Source: Trueperaceae bacterium
GTDB lineage: Bacteria; Deinococcota; Deinococci; Deinococcales; Trueperaceae
Reading direction: 5' to 3'
Length of the DNA: 64,000 bases
Assembly: GCA_965213705.1 (NCBI GenBank)
Contig: OZ243913.1
Location: 2,144,001 to 2,208,000 of the forward strand
Of this stretch, positions 56,359 through 64,000 are shown piece by piece. A model generated the notes under the pieces. It was given only the letters and a program-made list of their open reading frames with translations, was not told the origin of the DNA and did no database searches. Made by a program: the position numbers and the translations under genes. The number at the start of each line of letters is the position of its first letter. Positions within the stretch are counted from its first letter, which is position 1.

Positions 56359-58376
56359 AGACTCATCCCCATGTGCGTGGGGCCGTCCGCGTATCCCGGT
56401 TCATCCCCACGTGCGTGGGAAACAGAGCGCTAGCGCGTCGGAAATGGAGAGCTGCAACGGTTCATCCCCACGGGTGTGGGGAGTAGCGCATCAGCACGCA
56501 GAAATTGCTTATCGGCAACGGTTCATCCCCACGGGTGTGGGGAGTAGGTGCAGGGTAGACTTCATATCGGTTTCCTTCCGGTTCATCCCCACGGGTGTGG
56601 GGAGTAGCGGAGGCGGGAGAAGTGGGGCAGGGTCCAGACCGGTTCATCCCCACGGGTGTGGGGAGTAGGGCGAGTACGCCGCGGCTGCCGAGACGCTGCC
56701 CGGTTCATCCCCACGGGTGTGGGGAGTAGCCGGGTGCCGGCCAGCAAGCTCGGCATCGACACGGTTCATCCCCACGGGTGTGGGGAGTAGTCAGGAGCAA
56801 GCCTTCTGGCTGTGGCTGTCCTCGGTTCATCCCCACGGGTGTGGGGAGTAGTTTGCGAGGATGGCTTTTCTCTAGCCAGACACCGGTTCATCCCCACGGG
56901 TGTGGGGAGTAGGACGATGTTGGCCGACGACTTTGCCGCGGTCGCGGTTCATCCCCACGGGTGTGGGGAGTAGCAGATATGGTTGAACCAGCTCTCTATC
57001 CCGTACGGTTCATCCCCACGGGTGTGGGGAGTAGTTCGACAGCATTCACCGTCACGAAAAACGGCGCGGTTCATCCCCACGGGTGTGGGGAGTAGGTCCT
57101 TTAGATTAACGGTCTAAAGGTAACGCCCGGTTCATCCCCACGGGTGTGGGGAGTAGAAACCGTTCCCGACATGGGCGCGCTGTGGGCGCGGTTCATCCCC
57201 ACGGGTGTGGGGAGTAGTTTGGCCTGGGTCTCAGTGAAGGCCTCCCTTGCGGTTCATCCCCACGGGTGTGGGGAGTAGCGCCGACGCGAGTTTGCGAAAT
57301 TGTTCGATAACGGTTCATCCCCACGGGTGTGGGGAGTAGGGGGTGTTGACACCTGAGCCCGCCCCGGTCTACGGTTCATCCCCACGGGTGTGGGGAGTAG
57401 CTTATGGACTTCTCACACTCCGCGCATGACGCCGGTTCATCCCCACGGGTGTGGGGAGTAGGGCATCGACACCAGCCGCTCTCAGGCCGACGCCGGTTCA
57501 TCCCCACGGGTGTGGGGAGTAGGACGAGACCAAGCTCAATACGCTGCACGAGGACGGTTCATCCCCACGGGTGTGGGGAGTAGCCCTACACCGAGCACAT
57601 GCTCGAGCGCACCCGCGGTTCATCCCCACGGGTGTGGGGAGTAGTCAAGTTTCGACATGTTGCGCGCTGCTGATGTCGGTTCATCCCCACGGGTGTGGGG
57701 AGTAGGTGGCTGCTCATGGGCGTGGTCGCCTCGCTGACGGTTCATCCCCACGGGTGTGGGGAGTAGCTTTGGTCGTGCGCGTCCTCTCGCTCTTTTAGCG
57801 GTTCATCCCCACGGGTGTGGGGAGTAGGCCCAAAGCGCCCTGCCGCCTGACGTGACCACGGGTTCATCCCCACGGGTGTGGGGAGTAGGGCAAGAATTTC
57901 GGCTTTGTGCTCGGCGGTCTCGGTTCATCCCCACGGGTGTGGGGAGTAGATGTCATACTGGTAATCGCTCATCCCCGCAGCCGGTTCATCCCCACGGGTG
58001 TGGGGAGTAGAAGGGTGAGCTTGCCGAGTATGTCCAGGATGACGGTTCATCCCCACGGGTGTGGGGAGTAGGTGGGCGCGGCTTTTCTTGTCCATCACCT
58101 CGGCGGTTCATCCCCACGGGTGTGGGGAGTAGCGTATCCGCTCCCCGCGTCGTAGCCTCTAAAACGGTTCATCCCCACGGGTGTGGGGAGTAGGCAGGGC
58201 TTCGTAGAGTTCAGCCCAATTCATACGGTTCATCCCCACGGGTGTGGGGAGTAGCTCCTTCCGGGGTTGCTGACGCAAATGCGCGACGGTTCATCCCCAC
58301 GGGTGTGGGGAGTAGCAGGGCGGGGCAGGGCTGAAAGTCTTTTTCACCGGTTCATCCCCACGGGTGTGGGGAGTAG
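56359..58376 (-). CRISPR. Type I-E CRISPR array 2: 32 repeats of type B plus 2 older array-1-type repeats at the trailer
   Basis: Repeat (+) CGGTTCATCCCCACGGGTGTGGGGAGTAG from 56458 to 58376, 61-bp period with one 60; array-1-like repeat at 56397 and a degenerate one at about 56359. Confidence 0.98.
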
Positions 58377-58440
58377 ACTAGACCCAGACAGAAAAACTAA
58401 GGCTTGATGCTACCTAAGTATCTTTCTAAAGTTGTCAATG
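58377..58440 (-). promoter_or_regulatory. Leader of array 2
   Basis: AT-rich, TTGACA on the minus strand, motifs shared with leader 1. Confidence 0.8.
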
Positions 58441-58613
58441 TGCGCGAGGTAATCACTCTTCAAGATTATAGCCAGCTTCAACGGTTTTATGTGAATTCCT
58501 CATAAAGCCTAACAGGAACTCGAGAAAAATCCACGGTCTTACGGTGAAGGGACAGCAAAGGTAGCCGAGGCGAACCCCCCTCCTGGGGCGACCGCCGCTG
58601 GTCTCTTCATGGT

Positions 58614-58770
58614 CGCCTGAGGCAGCGGAGCCGTGTGACACGGTCAAGCCACCCCCGCGACGGCTTCAGTCCTGCACCTACCAAACAAAGAATTAGCTTA
58701 TCCCACACTTCATGAGGGACTGAAGCCGTCTTACCCCCTGCGCTGACGCCCAGGGGGACCCCGGCTTGAC
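58614..58770. promoter_or_regulatory. Nested long inverted repeats (Frpo/ssi-like) with a conserved upstream motif
   Basis: GTCAAGCC (58643) pairs with GGCTTGAC (58763); GACGGCTTCAGTCC (58659) pairs with GGACTGAAGCCGTC (58717); motif CGCCTGAGGCAGCGGAGCCG at 58614. Confidence 0.55.
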
Positions 58771-58968
58771 TCTCGTTCTCTGCGAGGGCCTTATCTCACT
58801 GTAGGAAAAGCAAAAAGGTCAACCAGCGGCGGGCGCTTCTAAAGGATTGTCGTTGAGTTCTTTTGGGAGGTTGTGGAAGGTTCAGCAAGCCCCGAGGCAA
58901 AAGTTAGACCCGCTGAATTCCCTGCCAGGAAAGCGGGTCGTTAGTCCTCTCTGCTAGGAGAAAACTGT

Positions 58969-59337
58969 ATGAACACAGTAGCACAAACATTCGAAGACTT
59001 AGTAGCCGTTGTTAGAACCTGTCCCGAGTCGGAACAAGCCGAAGTTCACGCTGTCAATTTAGTTTCATACCTCGCAGCCATGCCCGAACGCAAAGCCTGC
59101 GTAGCGCTTGTGTGTGCTAAGAACTTCGCGCGCTTTGCCGGACTCGAGCGGGCGGTGTTCGTCCTGGACCTGTACGGCGTGCAACTGCTCAAGAAGTGGC
59201 ATCCGAAGGGTGGGGCGTTCTTTGTGTTTGCTGAACTCACCGACTCTGACCCCGACCCCTTTGCCGGGGCAGTGGTGATTAGGCTCGAGCCGGACGACAC
59301 TTTGGTAACTGCCGTTGAATTGAAGGTTGCAGCATGA
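58969..59337 (+). CDS. Hypothetical protein
   Basis: AGGAG RBS, 122 aa, ATGA-coupled to the next ORF. Confidence 0.7.
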   Translation: MNTVAQTFEDLVAVVRTCPESEQAEVHAVNLVSYLAAMPERKACVALVCAKNFARFAGLERAVFVLDLYGVQLLKKWHPKGGAFFVFAELTDSDPDPFAGAVVIRLEPDDTLVTAVELKVAA

Positions 59338-59570
59338 ACCGGGTCAGTATCCAATGCAGACTTTGCAACGGCGCGGGGCGGGTGGAGGAGTTCACCTGCC
59401 CTTGCTGTTTAGGGAGTGGTACATTCGAGAAGCCGGTGTGTGCCGAGCTGCCAGAGCGTCCAAGCACGCCAACCTGTTCAACACCACCCCTGAGTACGCC
59501 ATGCGGAAGAAGCGCCTTCTCAAGACCAAACGCCAACGCAACACCGTGGCGCTTGGCATCTTGGGGCTGA
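59334..59570 (+). CDS. Small CxxCxGxG zinc-finger protein
   Basis: CRLCNGAG...CPCCLGSG. Confidence 0.5.
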   Translation: MNRVSIQCRLCNGAGRVEEFTCPCCLGSGTFEKPVCAELPERPSTPTCSTPPLSTPCGRSAFSRPNANATPWRLASWG

Positions 59571-59610
59571 GCGACTTTCACCTAGAGTCCGACGAACGGG
59601 AGGGGGCGTA

Positions 59611-60492
59611 ATGCCCCCCTTTACTTCCAACACCAATAAAGCCGCCGAGCTGCTGGCCGAGAACGTCGCTAAGCTGATGGACGCGAGCACCTTTAAGGAG
59701 GCGCTCAAGTTCAAGAGCCGTTTCTACCGCTACAGCTTCAACAACTGCCTGCTCATCTACCTCCAGTGCCCGACCGCGACTTACGTGGCCGGGTACAAGA
59801 CCTGGCAGCAGTTGGGGCGGCAGGTGCGTAAGGGTGAGAAGGGAATAGCGATTCTTGCACCTATCGTTAAGAAGCTCGAGGAAAATGGACAGGAAGAGAA
59901 GCGCCTGGTCGGGTTCAAGTCGGCAAGCGTGTTCGACGTGCAGCAGACGGACGGTGAACCTCTACCCGAGCTGCCGAGGCCGCAGCGGTTGACGGGCGAC
60001 TCCGAAGCAATTCAACTCACTATCAAAGCCCTCGAGACCTACGCCACCGACCGAGGCTTTCCCGTCCGCAGAGAGCCCTTGCAAGGCAACGCGCTGGGCA
60101 AGTTCTCGCTTCAAAGCAAGACCATCACGCTGAGAGACGACCTCGAGCCCCTGCAAGAACTCAAAACGCTCGTTCACGAACTCGCTCATGCCCTGATGCA
60201 CCGGGAGATTACACCCGTCACGATGAAACGCCACCTGTGTGAACTTGAGGCGGAGAGTTGTGCGTTTCTGGTCTGCCACGCCCTCGGCCTGGACACCTCG
60301 AGATATTCGTTTGCCTACCTCGCCAACTGGGCCGACGAGCCCGCCGAACTCTTACCCGCGGCTGAGAAAGCTTCTCGGACGGCCGACGCGATTGTGGAGA
60401 CCCTTCGGGGTTTCTTTTCTTCTAACCCACAGGGTCAGCCGCTGCCAAACGCCCAGCTTCGCTCTCAACCTGTTTTGATGGCTGGAAGGTAG
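59611..60492 (+). CDS. ArdC-like ssDNA-binding protein with metallopeptidase-like domain
   Basis: YSFNNCLLI..Q.P.AT.VAGYKTWQQLGRQVRKGEKGI.ILAP, VFDVQQT.G, HELAH, ELEAES.A and YSF.YL..W motifs. Confidence 0.9.
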   Translation: MPPFTSNTNKAAELLAENVAKLMDASTFKEALKFKSRFYRYSFNNCLLIYLQCPTATYVAGYKTWQQLGRQVRKGEKGIAILAPIVKKLEENGQEEKRLVGFKSASVFDVQQTDGEPLPELPRPQRLTGDSEAIQLTIKALETYATDRGFPVRREPLQGNALGKFSLQSKTITLRDDLEPLQELKTLVHELAHALMHREITPVTMKRHLCELEAESCAFLVCHALGLDTSRYSFAYLANWADEPAELLPAAEKASRTADAIVETLRGFFSSNPQGQPLPNAQLRSQPVLMAGR

Positions 60493-60499
60493 ATGCGAG

Positions 60500-60802
60500 A
60501 TGGAAGGCTTACCCAAGACGATTCAAGGCCGCGCCTCGTTAGCCCTGCGGATGATTGCCCAGGCTCAACACAACAGCGGTTTGCTCGAGACGAAGGTCTT
60601 CACTCTGCTGTTCGAAGGCGAGGGGGGAAGACAAGTGCTCGCTCGAGTGAACGAACGGCTCGGCAGAGACGTGACTCTAGCAAGAGTGGCGCTTTCCCCG
60701 CCGGTGAGTTCTTACCTCAACTCGAGTACCCTGACCGCTGCAAGGCAGGCGCAAGCTGGCGACAAGCAGCCTTCGCTGTTCCCGTGGCTGGAGGCGACTT
60801 GA
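60500..60802 (+). CDS. Hypothetical protein
   Basis: 100-aa ORF directly followed by a terminator. Confidence 0.55.
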   Translation: MEGLPKTIQGRASLALRMIAQAQHNSGLLETKVFTLLFEGEGGRQVLARVNERLGRDVTLARVALSPPVSSYLNSSTLTAARQAQAGDKQPSLFPWLEAT

Positions 60803-60808
60803 GGTTCG

Positions 60809-60832
60809 AGGCCCTTCGGGGCCTTTTTTTTT
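60809..60832 (+). terminator. Intrinsic terminator
   Basis: AGGCCC-TTCG-GGGCCT followed by a long T run. Confidence 0.9.
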
Positions 60833-60849
60833 GCGGTCGCGCGGGGATA

Positions 60850-60952
60850 GGGGTAGCTTCGCTACTTTTGAAGCATGAAGCACCGCTTCAATGGCTGCGC
60901 CTGAAGCAGCGGAGCCGTGGCCGCATCCAAAAACCTGCGTTTTTGTCGCGGC
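60850..60952 (+). repeat. Conserved upstream repeat, copy 2
   Basis: GGGGTAGC..CGCTAC...CGCCTGAAGCAGCGGAGCCG..GGCCGC.TCCAA..AC.TGCGTTTTTGTCGCGGC; matches about 61703-61805. Confidence 0.85.
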
Positions 60953-61003
60953 CTCTGCTGCAAAACGCCAAGACAGATTTCTGTCACATGCTAGACTTGC
61001 TTT

Positions 61004-61258
61004 ATGCAAACGACCTTGCGTATCGATGACCACCTCTACCGCGAAGCCAAGGCAGAAGCCGCCCGCCAAGGCGTCACGATGACGCGCTTTATCGAAGAGG
61101 CCCTTGAGCTGAGGCTCAAACGCCGCCCGGTCGAAGGCGGTTCTGTGACACTGCCGACCTTTGGTTTTGGGGCGGGCTTCGACTTCGGCCCCGGCCAGCT
61201 CAAGCAACTTGGGCAAGAGAGTGAAGCTCAACACGACCTCGGCAAACTCACCCGCTGA
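61004..61258 (+). CDS. VapB-like ribbon-helix-helix antitoxin
   Basis: MQTTLRIDDHLYREAKAEAARQGVTMTRFIEEAL...LPTFG. Confidence 0.88.
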   Translation: MQTTLRIDDHLYREAKAEAARQGVTMTRFIEEALELRLKRRPVEGGSVTLPTFGFGAGFDFGPGQLKQLGQESEAQHDLGKLTR

Positions 61259-61260
61259 CG

Positions 61261-61691
61261 TTGTATCTTCTCGACGCCAACGTCCTCATCCACGCCTTTC
61301 GAGAGGATGCGCCTTTTCATCGGGTTTGCTATGACTGGCTCACCAACGCCCTCGCACAAGGTGAAGAAGTTACGGCCCCGAGCGTGGTCGAGTTGGCGCT
61401 GTTCGAATCACGACCTTGCCCAGCTTGGGAGACGCCGCCACCCCTGAAGCGGTTTTCGCCTTCTTGCAAGCCCTTAGACAAACCAGTTACCGGCGGCTCG
61501 AGCCCGGTGCGGCGCATGACGGGCACTTGCGGCATTTGTGCAACTCCCTGAACCTGCGGGGCAACGATGTCAACGATGCGTTTTTAGCAGCCCTTGCTTT
61601 GGAGCGCAACGCGGTCCTAGTCAGTGCCGACCAGGGCTTTAGGCGCTTTCCCATGATTAGCGTGCTTGACCCGACGGACGCCGCCCAATAA
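61261..61691 (+). pseudogene. vapC: VapC PIN toxin split by a frameshift near 61400
   Basis: LLDANVLIHA...WL...VELAL continues in another frame as RITTLPS...GNDVNDAFLAALALE...VSADQGFRRF. Confidence 0.85.
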
Positions 61692-61702
61692 ACCCGATGC
61701 AG

Positions 61703-61805
61703 GGGGTAGCGGCGCTACCTTATCAAAGCTAAAAGCTTTTCATCCACCACGCCTGAAGCAGCGGAGCCGAGGGCCGCGTCCAAGCACTTGCGTTTTTGTC
61801 GCGGC
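61703..61805 (+). repeat. Conserved upstream repeat, copy 3
   Basis: Matches 60850-60952; the 20-nt core also occurs at 58614. Confidence 0.85.
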
Positions 61806-61878
61806 TTTCCTCTTTAACTTGCTGCTTTTCCACGACTGATGTTTACCCAAACGGGCTCACTCGTGCTATCATCTGGAC

Positions 61879-62292
61879 ATGGACGTATTTCGCCCCAACA
61901 CCCCTGAGGCTGCAACTCCTCGAGCCAAGCCGTTCCGTGAGATCGTCTCCCAGGTCGAACAGGGCTACCCCTTCGACGCTTTCTTAGACCTGAGTGAGCG
62001 GCTTGGCGTGGCGCAAAGTCTGCTCGCCTTGGTGCTCAACATCAGCAGCAGCACCTTGCAGCGGCGGCGTGGCGGCGCGTTCGACGTGGCGGAGTCGGGA
62101 AGAATTTACCAGTTGGAAAAACTCGTCGACCTGGCCGAAGCGACCATCGGCGACGAGGGAGACGCCCGGCGCTGGCTGACGACGCTCAACCCGAACCTGG
62201 GTGCTCCACCTTTAGAGTTGGCCCGAACAGCGCCTGGGATAGAGGCCGTCACGCGCTACTTGGAGCAAATTCAAGCCGGAGTTTATCTCTGA
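61879..62292 (+). CDS. Xre/MbcA/ParS-type antitoxin
   Basis: VEQGYP, LNISSSTLQRRR, ES.RI, ARRWL...NP.LG..PLELA.T..G...V..YL..I..GVY motifs. Confidence 0.9.
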   Translation: MDVFRPNTPEAATPRAKPFREIVSQVEQGYPFDAFLDLSERLGVAQSLLALVLNISSSTLQRRRGGAFDVAESGRIYQLEKLVDLAEATIGDEGDARRWLTTLNPNLGAPPLELARTAPGIEAVTRYLEQIQAGVYL

Positions 62293-62294
62293 AG

Positions 62295-62801
62295 GTGTTC
62301 CGGCTCAGCAGTGAGCCTTATCATCAGCCGAAAGACGCCTTCAGCGGTGTGGGCGCAGCCAGGTGGGGCGGTCGCTGGAACGGTCCCGGTGTGAGTCTCG
62401 TCTATACCTCTTCTTCTCCCTCGCTGGCGGCCCTCGAGCGCCTGGTTCACACCTTCTCGGTACGTGGATTGGCAGGCTTGTGGATTTACAGCGTCGAGGT
62501 CGACGAAGATAACAGCCTCTACCTGCCCGACGACGAGCTGCCGCCGGACTGGGACCGGGTACCGGTGCCCCCGGATTGGCACGCGCCGCCCTTAAAAGAG
62601 ACGCAGCTCATCGGGAACGACTGGTGCGAGCGCAGTGCTTCGCTGCTGTTGCGAGTGCCGAGCGCGGTGGTGCCGGGCGAGTACAACTACCTGCTCAACC
62701 CGGCCCATCCTGCTTGGGGAACGGTGCGCCTCGAGCCGCCTCAACAGTTTCATTTTGACGAGCGCCTAAAAGGTTTGGTCGGGGCTTATGAGGCTCGGTA
62801 G
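62295..62801 (+). CDS. RES-domain toxin
   Basis: FSGVGAARWGGRWN.PG..VYTSSS.SLA.LE, LP.DW and VPSAVVP.EYNYLLNP.HP motifs. Confidence 0.92.
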   Translation: MFRLSSEPYHQPKDAFSGVGAARWGGRWNGPGVSLVYTSSSPSLAALERLVHTFSVRGLAGLWIYSVEVDEDNSLYLPDDELPPDWDRVPVPPDWHAPPLKETQLIGNDWCERSASLLLRVPSAVVPGEYNYLLNPAHPAWGTVRLEPPQQFHFDERLKGLVGAYEAR

Positions 62802-62809
62802 AGCTGACC

Positions 62810-63010
62810 CATCACAAGGAGTTTTGAGGTGAGATTCGACTCGCCCCCCAAACAGCTTAAACAACTTGGGCAAGAGAGTGAAGCGCGACGGCAAACTCAC
62901 CCGCTGACTTTGTACATGCCCGCCGCCAACCTCCTCATCCACGCTGTTCGCACTGATTTGCCGTTTCAGCCGCTTTGTTGCACCTGGCTCACTCACGGCC
63001 TCGTGCCAGG
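62810..63010 (+). pseudogene. Degenerate partial copy of the vapB/vapC junction at about 61160-61362
   Basis: Shares CAACTTGGGCAAGAGAGTGAAGC, CGGCAAACTCACCCGCTGAC, CGCCAAC.TCCTCATCCACGC and CTGGCTCAC. Confidence 0.8.
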
Positions 63011-63167
63011 AAGCGCTTGCTACCACTAACCCTGTGTCCGGGCGGCAGCTGCCTCTAAAGGCGAGCAAGCTTTAGACTATGCTCCCGCCCTTGGAGCAGT
63101 TGGTGAATGCCCTGGTGTTTGCCAACTACGGGGTTTGGTCTGTAGTCGAAAACCGGTTAGGGTAGTG

Positions 63168-63590
63168 CTAAAGAGGTAATGATTGGTTGTAGTGGTGAAT
63201 GAAGGTCCAGATAGCGCCGATGTGATTGTCGAGCTTTTTGGAGAAGGAAAGCGTTTTCCGCACCAACCTGGAGCAGCGTTGCCTGAGCGTGTTGTTGAAG
63301 CGCTCTGTGTGGTTGGTTTGCCCCGAATCTTTGCCGACCTGATGCAGCTTGTCAGCATAGAAAATCGCTTCGTAGGCGTGCCAGAAGTCGGTGTAGGTGT
63401 CTGCGTCCAGGTAACACTCGGGCAAACTCTGCCACAAACGAACAGCACCGTCCTCGTCCCGTGAACCGACGTAGCAACCGACGATTTCGCGTGTCGCTCG
63501 GTCCATTGCCAACCACACCCACTGTTTGTTTTGCTTGCTGTCGACAAATGACCATAGTTCGTCACATTCGATGACTAGAGCCCTTTTTTA
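63168..63590 (-). CDS. insB: IS1 InsB (DDE domain), reached by -1 frameshift
   Basis: ECDELWSFVDSKQNKQWVWLA, YTDFW..Y and ERFNNTLRQR motifs; A6G slippery run at the end of insA. Confidence 0.9.
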
Positions 63591-63871
63591 GCCTTGACCT
63601 GAACTTGCTTCTCGACAACTTCGTATTTCTCGTTGACGTAAGCTTGCAACCATGTCTCAGAAACGTCTTCAACACGCGCAATGCCTGCTAAAGAAAGTTT
63701 CTCCAAAAGCAGTTTGTCGATACGCGCTTTGGTTTCTTCGCTGATGGTTTTGTTCGTTGGGTTCAAGACAAACTGTCTGCCACAGTCTTTACACAGGTAA
63801 CGCTGCTTGCCGTTGTGGATATGGCCGTTCTTGATGGTTTGTTCGCTCTGACAGTTTGGACATGCGTTCAT
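63575..63871 (-). CDS. insA: IS1 InsA (zinc finger + HTH)
   Basis: CPNCQS..TIKNG....GKQRYLCKDCGRQF. Confidence 0.93.
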   Translation of the reverse strand: MNACPNCQSEQTIKNGHIHNGKQRYLCKDCGRQFVLNPTNKTISEETKARIDKLLLEKLSLAGIARVEDVSETWLQAYVNEKYEVVEKQVQVKAKKGL

Positions 63872-64000
63872 GCTTTAGCTTAAACCATTACCTGTGAGGC
63901 ACTACCCCGGTTAGTCAGCCATCGACCTCCAGATACATATTTTTGTATCGAGCGTTTACACTGTCCTGAACGGGTTTTCTATTGACCTGTGTGCCGGAAG

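Larger units (their letters stand above)
63161..63906 (-). mobile_element. IS1-family insertion sequence (746 bp) with 8-bp target duplication
   Basis: IRs GGTAGTGCTAAAGAGGTAATG and GGTAGTGCCTCACAGGTAATG; CCGGTTAG at both 63153-63160 and 63907-63914. Confidence 0.95.
40146..64000. mobile_element. tRNA-integrated element (degenerate ICE/IME or satellite-like) carrying type I-E CRISPR-Cas; right end and integrase not seen in window
   Basis: att fragment, arm-like repeats, xis-like HTH, rep with iterons, virD4 remnant, ardC-like gene, TA modules; no housekeeping genes after 40191. Confidence 0.75.

Noticed and set aside
43351..58347. Self-targeting spacers in the two main arrays
   Set aside because: No match within the window noticed by eye; an exhaustive search was not possible.

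Overview
GC-rich bacterial chromosome segment, most likely Deinococcota (Truepera/Meiothermus-like). This is inferred from gene content and strong CTCGAG over-representation. Positions 1-40145 are mostly housekeeping or metabolic: mscS, a TRAP transporter with IclR and pxpA/pxpBC, an M24 peptidase, hisIE, a GT2, glpX, phoX-pstSCAB with PHO-box-like repeats, hisS, an SDR, topoisomerase IB and icd. They are interrupted by a type I R-M locus that carries an unusual Ntn/proteasome-beta-like gene between hsdS and hsdR and is interleaved with duplicated abrB-vapC modules. At 40146-40191 a tRNA(CAU) 3' fragment marks the att end of an integrated element that appears to run past the window edge. It carries xis-like and rep genes, a virD4 remnant, a complete type I-E CRISPR-Cas system (two arrays, WYL-Cas3 fusion), several TA modules, an ArdC-type leading region and an IS1. 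The strongest finding is a hidden two-repeat mini-array between cas3 and cas8e. Its 25-nt spacer matches an AAG-PAM site next to the -35 box of a neighbouring ~380-nt terminated transcript, which looks like a CreTA/CreR-type CRISPR-repressed module with an unrecognised payload. All calls come from reading the sequence by eye; no searches were run.
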